A stretch of 64,000 nucleotides of DNA from an uncultured Christensenellaceae bacterium (lineage in GTDB: Bacteria > Bacillota > Clostridia > Christensenellales > UBA3700): the NCBI GenBank assembly GCA_963931165.1, contig OZ006985.1, positions 207,900 through 271,899 on the forward strand, read 5' to 3'. How positions within the stretch are numbered: the stretch's first letter is position 1; each line of letters opens with the position of its first letter. Under the pieces are notes generated by a model that saw nothing but the letters and a program-made list of their open reading frames with translations, did no database searches and had not been told where the DNA came from. Of the stretch, positions 9,587-20,583 are shown one piece after another. The position numbers were made by a program, and so were the translations under genes.

Positions 9587-10117
9587 ATGTTCTGCAACAA
9601 ATGCGGCAAACAGATCAAAGACATTTCGAAGTTCTGCAACTATTGCGGCGCTCCGATCCCCACGCCCGACGGCGTGGTGCCGGTCATACCTCAGACCCGT
9701 CTCGACCTCGAGGCGGCGGCAAGAGGGGGCATCGCGCAAGCGTCTGCGCAAAGAGCGGCAAAGCCGATGCGTCCCAAGACCGCTCCGCCCGACGAAAAGA
9801 AGTATGAACTCGCCGTCCCTTCCGCGCCCAAAAAGCGTCAAAAGGTCGACCTGCCCGACACCGTCGGCGAGCCGATCAAAGCCAAAAAATTCAAGGGCTT
9901 CGGCGAAGATATGCCCGTGTCGGCGAGCGTGGCTCTGTCCGGCATCCCGGGATGCAAAAAGCTGGTCAAAAAGGCGACCAAACAGCACGACGAATTGTAC
10001 GGCTTGGACAAGCGCCGCAAGCGTGCAGCCGCGGACGCCGCCCGCAAGAAAAAGCAGGCGAAAGCCGATCAGCCAAAAGAGGAACAGCCCTCGCAGCAAG
10101 ACGAACAGACCGCTTGA
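9587..10117 (+). CDS. zinc-ribbon domain protein with Lys/Pro/Ala-rich tail
   Basis: MFCNKCGKQI..KFCNYCGAPI (CxxC..CxxC) followed by a low-complexity basic tail. RBS GGAGGGAAAG lies before the ATG. Confidence 0.6.
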   Translation: MFCNKCGKQIKDISKFCNYCGAPIPTPDGVVPVIPQTRLDLEAAARGGIAQASAQRAAKPMRPKTAPPDEKKYELAVPSAPKKRQKVDLPDTVGEPIKAKKFKGFGEDMPVSASVALSGIPGCKKLVKKATKQHDELYGLDKRRKRAAADAARKKKQAKADQPKEEQPSQQDEQTA

Positions 10118-10124
10118 CATCAGC

Positions 10125-10151
10125 TCCGCACCTTCGGGTGCGGATTTTTTT
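10125..10151 (+). terminator. intrinsic terminator
   Basis: TCCGCACC-ttcg-GGTGCGGA followed by T7. Confidence 0.75.
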
Positions 10152-10534
10152 GCAAAAAACGCTTTACCCGCTCTCCCGAACGACCGACTTCAACGCGGCG
10201 TGAGTTTTACCGCATACTCCCTCTTTCCCAACTTTTCTTTTGACCTCGGAGCGCACTCGCCCAAACGGCGCAAATCTTCATCTCTCACCATTTTTTCAAA
10301 CTTTTTGCATGGCATGGATACACACTCGCCCAAACGACGAACATCGAAAAAGCGCATACCTCCGCTGCGCCCTCGTCAAAAATGCAAAAAAATACGAGAG
10401 CGTTTGCTCTCGATCCATTGAAAACGAAAAGGAAGAAAGAAAACATCAAGGCAAAGGTTTTTATACTCACGGGCTTGCGCCTTCGAGTCGGGTCGCATTT
10501 GCGACCCTCTTTCGTTGTAGCTCTTGCTACTCCG

Positions 10535-12048
<1,514 letters not shown>

Positions 12049-12206
12049 ATCTCTAACTCTTTCTCTCAAATTGACTTCGTGTAGTTTTTTGTACACTTAC
12101 TCTCTGAAAAGAAACAGTTTTTGTCACGTTTGTGCCTCAACCGTTCCCTTCCTTCCTATTCGCGTTTTCAATGTTCTCGCCGCCGCCTTTCCGCGACAGC
12201 CTTGTA

Positions 12207-12235
12207 ATTGTATCACAACGATATTTTGATGTCAA
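12207..12235 (-). promoter_or_regulatory. rRNA promoter with AT-rich UP-like region
   Basis: Minus strand reads TTGACA (12230-12235), 17 nt, TACAAT (12207-12212), preceded by A/T-rich sequence at 12236-12275. Confidence 0.6.
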
Positions 12236-12297
12236 TTGTTTTTTCTTTGAAAAATAAAGAAATTTAACTTTTTCGACAGCGCCGCCTCGGCGCCCTC

Positions 12298-13380
12298 TCA
12301 CAGGTCGTACTTTGAGTCTATCTCTCCGCCTCCGAGGCACACCTCTCCTTGATAGAGGGCGACATATTGCCCCTCGACGATCGCCCTTTGAGCGCGCTCG
12401 AACGCGACCTCGACACCGCCGCCCGGCAGTAGCCTCGCCCTCGCCGCCTGCAACGGCTGGCGATGGCGTATCCTCGCCATGCATTCGAACTCCTCGCCCT
12501 CGGGCTTCAACGAAATGAAATTGAAGTTTTCGCACATCAGCGCGTTGTGAAACAGCGACTCCTGACTTTGCGAGACATACAAGACGTTCTTCGCGACATC
12601 CTTGCCGACGACGAACCACCGCCCGTCGTCCGCGCCGTCCACTCCGCCGATACCCAGCCCTCTGCGCTGACCGAGCGTGTAGTAAAACACCCCTTCGTGT
12701 TCGCCCAAAAGGGCGCCGTCATCGCCCCTGATCTCCCCCTTTTGCATGGGAAGATACTCGGACAAAAACGCGCGGAAGTTGCGCTCGCCGATGAAACATA
12801 TCCCCGTGCTGTCCTTCTTTTTCGCGGTCGGGATGCCGAAGCTCTCGGCGAGTTCGCGCACCTGAGGTTTGAGCAGATGCCCGATCGGGAACAGCACGTT
12901 GTCGAGTTGCTCGCCCTTGACTTGATTGAGGAAGTAGGTCTGATCCTTGTTCTCGTCCGCGGCGCGGAGCAGCAGATTGAGCCCGTCGTCGTGAGCGATG
13001 CGGCAATAATGCCCCGTCGCGACAAAGTCCGCCCCCATCTCTCGCGCCTTGGCGACGAACGGTTCGAACTTGATCTCGCGGTTGCACAACACATCGGGAT
13101 TGGGCGTCCTGCCTTTGGCGTATTCGTCCAAAAACTTCTTGAATACGCGGTCGTAGTACTCGTCCGCAAAATCCACGCTGAAATAGGGTATGCCGAGCCC
13201 GTCGCAGACGCGCCTCACATCATAGAAGTCCTCATCCGCGGTACAATTGCCGCCCTCGTCCGTCTCATGCCAATTGCGCATGAACAGACCGATCACGTCA
13301 TAGCCCTGTTGTTTGAGGAGCGCGGCGGCGACAGAACTGTCCACGCCTCCGCTCATCCCCACCACTACCGTCTTTGCCAT
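12298..13380 (-). CDS. mnmA: tRNA 2-thiouridine(34) synthase MnmA
   Basis: MAKTVVVGMSGGVDSSVAAALL (PP-loop SGGxDS), ..ATGHY.., C-terminal barrel. Start at ATG 13378-13380. Confidence 0.93.
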   Translation of the reverse strand: MAKTVVVGMSGGVDSSVAAALLKQQGYDVIGLFMRNWHETDEGGNCTADEDFYDVRRVCDGLGIPYFSVDFADEYYDRVFKKFLDEYAKGRTPNPDVLCNREIKFEPFVAKAREMGADFVATGHYCRIAHDDGLNLLLRAADENKDQTYFLNQVKGEQLDNVLFPIGHLLKPQVRELAESFGIPTAKKKDSTGICFIGERNFRAFLSEYLPMQKGEIRGDDGALLGEHEGVFYYTLGQRRGLGIGGVDGADDGRWFVVGKDVAKNVLYVSQSQESLFHNALMCENFNFISLKPEGEEFECMARIRHRQPLQAARARLLPGGGVEVAFERAQRAIVEGQYVALYQGEVCLGGGEIDSKYDL

Positions 13381-13451
13381 ATCCGCATTATAACATATTC
13401 CGCGCAAACGGGCAAGAAAAACCGCGATCTCGCGCCGCCGAAACCCCGATA

Positions 13452-13480
13452 TTGACGTGCGCGCGCAAATATTGTATAAT
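13452..13480 (+). promoter_or_regulatory. promoter of the large lipoprotein gene
   Basis: TTGACG (13452-13457), 17 nt, TATAAT (13475-13480). Confidence 0.5.
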
Positions 13481-13537
13481 TATACTATAAATACGCTTTC
13501 GCGCTCCCTGTCGCCGAGCGATATGATAAGGTGAGAT

Positions 13538-16500
13538 ATGAAGTTTAGGAGAGTTTTGATCGTTGCGCTCGTCGCGCTCGTCCTGTTGAGCGCGGCGGCT
13601 TGCGTGACCGACGATGAAAAAGGCAAAGTCGAACCCGCGCAAAAGACGCAGCTGACCGCCGACATGATCACCGTCGGCGGAACATACAGCTATACCGGCG
13701 AACCCGTCTGCCCCGACCAAAGCGGAACCATCTCCGTCGTCGCAGACGGCAGTCACGTCGACGCGTCGCAATTCACCTACTCCTACTCCGACAACGTCAA
13801 CGCCGGCACCGCATCCGTCACGGTCACCGCAAAGGAATCTTGCACAAAAGTGACCGGCAGTGCGACCGCGCACTTCGAGATCGCGCCCGCGACAAAGACC
13901 TCAACCGACATCTCCGCTCTGCAAAGTCTGCTTGACGACCCCAATTACGGCATGATCTATTACGGCGGCGACGACGCGCTCGCCGCAAATTCCGTCCTCG
14001 CCGTCCCCGAGGGGAAGACGCTGCAATTGAACGACGGGCTGACCGTCAACGGCAAGCTGACCGTCGACGGCACTTTGATCGTCTACAACAACGGCAAACT
14101 GTTCGGGAGCGGATCTTTGACCAACAACGGCACGCTCGAACTGAGGCGCGGCGCACGGCTGTTCGCGCCGAGCGGCACGATCTCGGGAGACGGCGACGTC
14201 GTCAACGAGGGCACCGTCTACGTCAATTCCGCAACGAATATCGACGGCAGCGTGGTCGTGCGCCGCGACCTGTCCGATGCCGAAATATTTCTCCAATACC
14301 CCGAGCTGAAATACGATAAAGACATCGCCGAGTATACGCCGGGCAGGATAACGATCTCCCATCCCGACATCACCGGTACTGCCGACGGCGGCGGCTATTC
14401 CCCCGTCTATTCCGACAACGACGGCGTGGGCACCGCAACCGTAACTTTGAGCGCGCCTATCGACGACGAACGCTTTTTCGGTACCGCTTCGGCGACCTAT
14501 CGCATCGTCCCCGGCAACGTGACCGTCACATCGGTCGAGGACGCGCTCGACGCGCTTGCCGACGCCAATTACGGCGCCGTGCGGCTGATAGGACAGCAGC
14601 GTTATGCCGCCGACATCACCGTTCCCCAAGGCAAAACTTTGACGATCGCGTCAAGTCTTGATTGCACAGGCAAATTGACGAATCTCGGCACTCTGCAAGT
14701 CGAGGGAACGTTGATGACAGACGACTTCGACGCCGATCAAAATGCGCATATCATCAACACGGGTACGATTTTTTGCAATTGCGACTTTGTCTTTGATCCG
14801 ACCCGTACCGACAACGCAAAAGGCACGATCTACTCCTATTGCGCACAATCTCCGGACCTGCCGGGCGCGATCGAAAAGCACGACATCGCCGCCCCGTCGA
14901 CGGGCTTTGTCTTCGACCGGGCAACTCTGACTTACAACGGCGCCGCTCACGACATCTTCCCCGTCACCGCATTCGGCGCGATCGGAATACGCGACATTTC
15001 GGTCGGCTACTACCGCGACGGCAAGTCGACCAAAGACCTGACGTCCGTCGGCACGATAGAGGCGCGCTATTCCGTCGTCAAGAACTCGCGAAACGCCTAT
15101 CGCGGCAGCGCTTCCCTTTCGTTCGAGATAGTCTCCGGGACCGCAAGCGTGTCAAACCGCACCGCACTTAGCTCCGCATTGAGCGACCCCGGCTATTACC
15201 TCGTCACGATGACGGACGACATCACCGACATCGGCACCGTCCAAGTCCCCGAGGGAAAGACGCTCGACACCGGCGGAAATAAGCTGGAGTGCATCGACTT
15301 GATCAACTACGGAACCGTGCTCAACCCCTATGACGGAGACCTCTCCGACCCGTCCGCCGTAGGCGCGCTGATCAAGGCGGACAAGGTGACAAACTGCGGC
15401 AAGATCGTCAACGAAGGTATCATCGCTCTGTCGCCCCTGCAAGGCGCGTCGTGGCAGCAGCAAAGCGGCTCCGAATTCGTCAACGACGGCGTAGTATTTG
15501 TCAATGAAAACACCGAGGCCGCATTACCCGGCGATGTGCGCGTCCGCATATTCATCGACAATGTCGACATCGCACTCGAATACTCGTCGACAGACTATCA
15601 CGGCGGCGAAAAATGCCCGACGGTCACAGCAACAAAGGGCGACGCCTCAATCTCTGCGGACGATATGACCGTGATCTACGCCGACAACGTCTCTGCCGGA
15701 CAAGCGACGGTGACCGTCTCCGGAAAAGGCGGACCTTTCGCCGCGCTCGTCGGCTCGAAAACGCTCACCTTTGGGATAGAACGCGGCGCGACGACCGTGA
15801 GAGACAAGGCGTCTCTGCTCGCCGCCCTCGACGACGAAAATTGGCAGACTATCACCCTCGGCGCCGACATCGATGTCGAATCGACCTCCATCGAATTGCA
15901 CGAAAACACCACCGTCGCTTGCGAAGAATATATGCTCGTCACGGACGTCGATAACATCCCGTCCGTGCCCCAAACTTCAGCGATCACCGCGACCGCAACT
16001 TCGGTCGACAGGCTGAGCGCGCTGCTGTGCTCGGCGACATATATTACGCTCGGCAACGACTTGACCGGAAACATCATCAACGTCAAAGGGACGAAAACTC
16101 CCCTCGCCGTCACGCTCGACCTCGACGGCAAGAGCCTCGGCGCGGCGCTCTATCTCGACGGCGACGGCAACACGATCGATCTGACCGTCACAAACTCTTC
16201 GGAGACGCAAAGCTATCTCGCGGGCAACGCGTCCGCAACGGCGGCGGTCGTAATATCGGGAGATTCCAACCGCGATGTTACGCATTTGACGCTCGAGTCA
16301 ATAAACATAAACGGCATCGTCGTCGACGCGCCAAACGCTTCGGTCGATCTGACGGTCACGGGCTGCATCATCACGCAGGGCGCAAACGGCAGAGCGGTCG
16401 ATTTGAGCCGTCCGCAGTCCTCGGTTCAATCGCCGTTTGCCGCGACGTTCACCGACTGCACGATCTCGGGCGAAGAGGGCGTGTACGTCAACGCTCCGTC

Positions 16501-16807
16501 CGCAACCTTCACCCGCTGCACGATCACCGCCGAAGGCGAATACAGCGCCCCGTCGTCATACTCCAATGCCGGCAAAGGCTTTGCGGCGGCGATATACTTC
16601 AACGAAGGCGTGCCGACGTCGGTAGTCTTTGAGGAGTGCGAGCTGGAATCGTCAAACGGCTATGCGCTCGTTCAAGCTCAAAGCGACGCCTACTCTACGA
16701 CTTTTCCGGCGGCAAGCTACGCTATCCTGCTCGACGGCTGCACTCTGACCGGCGGCGACGGCAAGACTACGCGTTGCGTGTCGGAAGGCAATTTGACGAT
16801 CAAATAA
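13538..16807 (+). CDS. large secreted/surface lipoprotein with repeated adhesin-like modules
   Basis: Lipobox signal peptide MKFRRVLIVALVALVLLSAAAC. Four recurring modules of the type Y.G....P...Y(S/A)DN(V)(N/S)AG(T/Q)A(S/T)VTV....G(S/T)A...F.I. T/N/G-rich beta-helix-like stretches. Confidence 0.75.
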   Translation: MKFRRVLIVALVALVLLSAAACVTDDEKGKVEPAQKTQLTADMITVGGTYSYTGEPVCPDQSGTISVVADGSHVDASQFTYSYSDNVNAGTASVTVTAKESCTKVTGSATAHFEIAPATKTSTDISALQSLLDDPNYGMIYYGGDDALAANSVLAVPEGKTLQLNDGLTVNGKLTVDGTLIVYNNGKLFGSGSLTNNGTLELRRGARLFAPSGTISGDGDVVNEGTVYVNSATNIDGSVVVRRDLSDAEIFLQYPELKYDKDIAEYTPGRITISHPDITGTADGGGYSPVYSDNDGVGTATVTLSAPIDDERFFGTASATYRIVPGNVTVTSVEDALDALADANYGAVRLIGQQRYAADITVPQGKTLTIASSLDCTGKLTNLGTLQVEGTLMTDDFDADQNAHIINTGTIFCNCDFVFDPTRTDNAKGTIYSYCAQSPDLPGAIEKHDIAAPSTGFVFDRATLTYNGAAHDIFPVTAFGAIGIRDISVGYYRDGKSTKDLTSVGTIEARYSVVKNSRNAYRGSASLSFEIVSGTASVSNRTALSSALSDPGYYLVTMTDDITDIGTVQVPEGKTLDTGGNKLECIDLINYGTVLNPYDGDLSDPSAVGALIKADKVTNCGKIVNEGIIALSPLQGASWQQQSGSEFVNDGVVFVNENTEAALPGDVRVRIFIDNVDIALEYSSTDYHGGEKCPTVTATKGDASISADDMTVIYADNVSAGQATVTVSGKGGPFAALVGSKTLTFGIERGATTVRDKASLLAALDDENWQTITLGADIDVESTSIELHENTTVACEEYMLVTDVDNIPSVPQTSAITATATSVDRLSALLCSATYITLGNDLTGNIINVKGTKTPLAVTLDLDGKSLGAALYLDGDGNTIDLTVTNSSETQSYLAGNASATAAVVISGDSNRDVTHLTLESININGIVVDAPNASVDLTVTGCIITQGANGRAVDLSRPQSSVQSPFAATFTDCTISGEEGVYVNAPSATFTRCTITAEGEYSAPSSYSNAGKGFAAAIYFNEGVPTSVVFEECELESSNGYALVQAQSDAYSTTFPAASYAILLDGCTLTGGDGKTTRCVSEGNLTIK

Positions 16808-16835
16808 AAAGTTGCGCTCAAACCCTTGACAACTT

Positions 16836-16864
16836 TCCGCGTCCCAAAAAGGCGCGGATTTTTT
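16836..16864 (+). terminator. intrinsic terminator
   Basis: TCCGCG-loop-CGCGGA followed by T6. Confidence 0.65.
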
Positions 16865-17027
16865 GTCAAGAAGTAAGTACGCTCTTTTTTTGACGTTACG
16901 AAAAATTATCGTAACGGTCCGCATTATCCGGCACTCTCCGCCATTGCCCCGAACTTTCTATCACATTGCGGTCGCCGCGGCGACACCCGTAAACTTTTGT
17001 GTTTTGCAATAAACTTTTCGACATATA

Positions 17028-17057
17028 TTGACAAAGAATGCTTTCTCGTGCTAAACT
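17028..17057 (+). promoter_or_regulatory. putative promoter of the TIR-MTase/GNAT operon
   Basis: TTGACA (17028-17033), 18 nt, TGcTAAACT (-10 at 17052-17057), 16 nt before the ATG at 17074. Confidence 0.4.
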
Positions 17058-17073
17058 GAAATCGAGGAAAGTT

Positions 17074-18450
17074 ATGAATACAGATTACAATATTTTTCTA
17101 TGCTATCGAGGCGATAAAGGCGGCTGGCTCGCCTCGAATATCTATTCCGAACTAAAGCTCTACACAAAAGACAAGCTAAAGCTGTTCTTTGCGCCCAAAT
17201 GCATTGGGAAAGGTGAAAATTTCAAAATACGATGCGAAGCGGTTGCCGGCGACGTAAGTCTTATGATATTGATTTTATCTCCCGGATTTTTTGATGCATG
17301 CGGAGATCCCGACGACATTGTAATGTGCGAATTGCGTGCCGCACTTTCTAACGACAACACGAAGTTTTTGCCGATCATAATGCCTGGGTTCGACTTCAAA
17401 GACGTCGACCTGACAGTTCATTTCACCGATATCGAGATCGACAGAATAGGACATATCAACCCCATCAAGTACACAGACGTCTATTCTTTCAGCTCAACGG
17501 AATTGTTAGCTCCCATATTGCAGGATCGACTGGATTACAATGCGATCATAAAACCCATAGAAACCAAAAAGCGTTCTCACATCACCCATTCAAGAAGAAA
17601 TAAGCTTTTCTCCCAATCAAACACGACCGAAATCAATCGCTTGAAAGAACAGCAAAAACTGTTGCTTTCCTTTGATATGCCCGCATATGAAAAACTGCTT
17701 GCAGGCAAAAGCGATCTAAATGTGCTTGATCTCGGATGCGGCAACGGGACTGCCCTTATGAGCAGACTGGGGAACCGTCCGGAGGTGGGTAAAATAATAG
17801 GCATAGAGTTTGATGCGGACGCCGTCAATTATGCAAATACAAAATACGGAAGCGATACTGTTAAATTCTATGTGGGAGATCTCGAAAGCGATGATTTTGA
17901 AAATCTTCTCGAACGGATCATGGATGAAACTGACATCGAAAAGTTCGACTTCATCAACATGCTTGCTATTGTTTCTCACCTCAAATCCCCGTCCCGCCTA
18001 TTTAAGATTATTAAACGTTTTTGCAAAAAGGGAGCCGTTTTGCTCGTCAGGAACATCGACGACGGCATGAATATCTTTTTCCCCGATGATAATGATCGCT
18101 TTCGTCACGCATTGTCGCTACTCGCCCAATGCGAAGCCACAGGTTACAGATACTCCGGCAGAGAACTTTATACGATCATGGCAAGAAGGGGCTATAAAAA
18201 TATCACACTTGAACGTTGCGGACTGTCCACTGTCGGAATGTCATACGAAGAAAGGAGCGCCTTTTTTGACGTTATTTTCAAATTCATCAAACAGGGTATC
18301 AAAGCGGAGGCGGCAAACTCAGGCGATGCGAAATTGATCGCGGAAAAAGAATGGCTGGAAGAAGAATACGATGAAATGGAAGAAGAATTTCTTTCAAACG
18401 AGTTCTTTATGTTGTTCGGCTTCATCCTGTATACCGCAACGGTGAACTGA
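17074..18450 (+). CDS. TIR domain / class I SAM-dependent methyltransferase fusion protein (copy 1)
   Basis: N-terminus YNIFLCYRGDKGG..LILSPGFF..DDIVMCELRAAL is TIR-like, with Glu86 at 17329-17331. C-terminus has VLDLGCGNG (17722-17748), IGIEFD, FINMLAIVSHL, KKGAVLLVRNIDDG. AT-rich codon usage. Start at the ATG after an AGGAAA RBS. Confidence 0.75.
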   Translation: MNTDYNIFLCYRGDKGGWLASNIYSELKLYTKDKLKLFFAPKCIGKGENFKIRCEAVAGDVSLMILILSPGFFDACGDPDDIVMCELRAALSNDNTKFLPIIMPGFDFKDVDLTVHFTDIEIDRIGHINPIKYTDVYSFSSTELLAPILQDRLDYNAIIKPIETKKRSHITHSRRNKLFSQSNTTEINRLKEQQKLLLSFDMPAYEKLLAGKSDLNVLDLGCGNGTALMSRLGNRPEVGKIIGIEFDADAVNYANTKYGSDTVKFYVGDLESDDFENLLERIMDETDIEKFDFINMLAIVSHLKSPSRLFKIIKRFCKKGAVLLVRNIDDGMNIFFPDDNDRFRHALSLLAQCEATGYRYSGRELYTIMARRGYKNITLERCGLSTVGMSYEERSAFFDVIFKFIKQGIKAEAANSGDAKLIAEKEWLEEEYDEMEEEFLSNEFFMLFGFILYTATVN

Positions 18451-18451
18451 C

Positions 18452-18970
18452 ATGCAAGACAAATTCTTGATCAAAAAACTCGATTCGACCTATATATCGG
18501 CAATGCTTGATCTTCAAGACGAAGTGATAGGCAAACTCGACAATCCCGACATATTAAGAAAAAACACGATCGACACCCTATCTCCTTGTTTCGATCCGCC
18601 GTCTCTTGTGCTCGGAGCATTCTGCGATGATCTGTTTGTTGCGTTCGGCATTCTCTATTATGCCGGCGATGATCATGAAAACCTTGCATACTCTCTTGAT
18701 AAGCACAACGACCTCTACTCATATGCCAATATTAAAGTCGTGATTGTAAAAGACGGTTATCGCGGACACGGTCTACAACAAACATTTATACGCAACTTTG
18801 AAGAATATGCCAAAACCATCGGAGTAAAAACATTGCTTTCGACCGTATCACCCGACAATATGTACAGCTGTCGCAATTTGGAACAATGCGGATACATATC
18901 GGTGAAGCGTCTGAAAAAATATGGCGGCAAAGATCGCTTGCTTTACATGAGAAACTTAGGGGAACATTGA
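18452..18970 (+). CDS. GNAT-family N-acetyltransferase
   Basis: VIVKDGYRGHGLQQTFIRNFEEYAK (R/Q-x-x-G-x-G/A acetyl-CoA loop), 172 aa. The ATG is 1 nt after the upstream TGA. Confidence 0.75.
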   Translation: MQDKFLIKKLDSTYISAMLDLQDEVIGKLDNPDILRKNTIDTLSPCFDPPSLVLGAFCDDLFVAFGILYYAGDDHENLAYSLDKHNDLYSYANIKVVIVKDGYRGHGLQQTFIRNFEEYAKTIGVKTLLSTVSPDNMYSCRNLEQCGYISVKRLKKYGGKDRLLYMRNLGEH

Positions 18971-19089
18971 TCCCCTTCTTCTCGTTCACTCTTCTTTCGG
19001 CAATGAGCAATGGTTCTCCCGTATGACCGTATACCTTGCGCAGCCGGTTTTGACGTGTTTGCCCGTATATCCGTTGCTTATTTGACAAG

Positions 19090-19842
19090 CTAAAACGAGC
19101 CTATGCCGTACGACGTCCCTTTCGGCAGCAACTGCGGCAATATCTCGCGGTATCTGCCCTCTTCGGACGGGTCGGTCAAGATCAGATCGACGTGCGGCGC
19201 GCCGTGCAATTCGCACGTCCGCGCGATACGGGACGCAACGCCATCCGCACCGTCAAAGACGGGACAGCAAAAGCGCTTTGAGATGAATTCGGCAAGATAG
19301 GAGTAGTGCGTGCACCCGATCACGACCGCGCCCAAGTCCGCGCGCGGATACGCCGACAGGATGCGCTCCGCCTCCGCCTTTGCGCGTTTGAGGTCGGGCA
19401 GCCCATACTCGACAAGATGAGCAAGGCGCGAACAATCGGGAGTGTTGACCTTTGCTCCGCTCGCTTTGAGCAATGCGGCAAAGCGCGGCTGTTTGAGCGT
19501 CAGCGGCGTCGCCATCACCGTCAACTTGTCATACCTCGCCGCCGCAGGCTTGATCGCCGGCTCGGTACCGACAAATTCTATGTCGGAAAACTCGGCGCGC
19601 AATTCGTCAATGCAGACTGCGGTCGCCGTGTTGCACGCGAGCACGATCGTCTTTGCCCCCAAGTCTTTGAGCCGCGCACAATTGGCGCGCATAACATTTT
19701 GCAGCCACAGTTCGGACAAGCGTCCGTAAGGTGCATGAGCGTTGTCGGCAAAATATAATATTTTTCCTGCCCGTGTGCGTTCAAGCAACTTTTTGACGAC
19801 GAATAGTCCGCCCATGCCCGAGTCGGTGACCGCTATATCCAT
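19090..19842 (-). CDS. murI: glutamate racemase
   Basis: IAVTDSGMGGL..VLACNTATA..VIGCTHY, with both catalytic Cys motifs. Confidence 0.92.
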   Translation of the reverse strand: MDIAVTDSGMGGLFVVKKLLERTRAGKILYFADNAHAPYGRLSELWLQNVMRANCARLKDLGAKTIVLACNTATAVCIDELRAEFSDIEFVGTEPAIKPAAARYDKLTVMATPLTLKQPRFAALLKASGAKVNTPDCSRLAHLVEYGLPDLKRAKAEAERILSAYPRADLGAVVIGCTHYSYLAEFISKRFCCPVFDGADGVASRIARTCELHGAPHVDLILTDPSEEGRYREILPQLLPKGTSYGIGSF

Positions 19843-19875
19843 ACCATAATACTATGCGCGAGCTACGGCGCGTTT

Positions 19876-20583
19876 TCATGAATACGCGGCAAAAATCGCT
19901 GCGGCGATCGTATTTGCGCACTCGCCGACAACGCTTTCGGCGTCGTAGGGAATGACGCTCCTTTGCCCCTCCGTCGTGTCGACGGCGCAGATCAGAGGCA
20001 CTCCGACCGCGAGCACTCGCGTCCCGATGTAGTCGCCGTCGATGCACTTTCCGCCCGCGCCCGTTCCGCTCCCGGGGCGGATCCCTGCCGTCGTCAATTG
20101 ATAGCACGCGCCTATCTTGCGCCAATCCGTCGTCGCGAGCGCGTCCGCGGCGATCACGAGATCGGGCTTGACGGCGCCCGCAAGAGAGGCGATCACGTCC
20201 GCGGAGTCCACTCCCGTCACCGACCTGACTTCGGGCAGCACGGTCAAAAACGCGCCGTTTCTGTCCAGCCGCCTCAAAGCATTCACAGCATCTGCGCCGA
20301 ACGCGTCGGAGACAAAAGACGAATTGCCAAGCCCCGCGACCAACACCTTTGCGCCTCGCGCAAGCCGCCTCATCGCATAGGCGAGCGCACGCGCCGCGGC
20401 GCTTCCCGTCACGGTACAATAGTCGCCCTCTCTTCGGCTCAGCGCCCTTGCCGCAGCCTCGTCGATGTGCGAAAAGCGCAACTCACAGCCGTACTTCTTC
20501 TCCAACCGCGAGATGTACCCGCCGCGCCATGCGGCGGCGTCCGAAAGCAGGTCCGAACCGTCCGATATCAAAAATTTTTCCAT
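19876..20583 (-). CDS. gpr: GPR-type spore (germination) protease-like peptidase, short form
   Basis: VLVAGLGNSSFVSDAFG..KPDLVIAADALA..QLTTAGIRPGSGTG..LAVGVPLI matches the A25 peptidase blocks. It sits next to rpsT, as gpr does in Bacillus. Shorter than the canonical ~370 aa. Confidence 0.55.
   Translation of the reverse strand: MEKFLISDGSDLLSDAAAWRGGYISRLEKKYGCELRFSHIDEAAARALSRREGDYCTVTGSAAARALAYAMRRLARGAKVLVAGLGNSSFVSDAFGADAVNALRRLDRNGAFLTVLPEVRSVTGVDSADVIASLAGAVKPDLVIAADALATTDWRKIGACYQLTTAGIRPGSGTGAGGKCIDGDYIGTRVLAVGVPLICAVDTTEGQRSVIPYDAESVVGECANTIAAAIFAAYS

Noticed and set aside
12137-12619. 160-aa minus-strand ORF spanning the mnmA 3' end and the rRNA promoter region
   Set aside because: It is out of frame with mnmA, R/G-rich, and overlaps a consensus promoter and AT-rich UP region. 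It is not credible as a gene.
18786-19088. 100-aa minus-strand ORF between the GNAT gene and murI. Considered as a possible remnant of a mobile-element gene at the islet border.
   Set aside because: It overlaps the GNAT 3' end in antisense and has no recognisable motif or RBS. Evidence is insufficient.
19762-19776. 15-nt identity TTTTCCTGCCCGTGT between the murI coding region (19762-19776) and the DNA just downstream of TIR-MTase copy 2 (25124-25138). Considered as a target-site duplication or a murI 5' remnant.
   Set aside because: A 15-mer match between some pair of positions is expected by chance in a 64-kb window. Flanking sequence shows no extended similarity and translation of the second site does not continue the MurI sequence.
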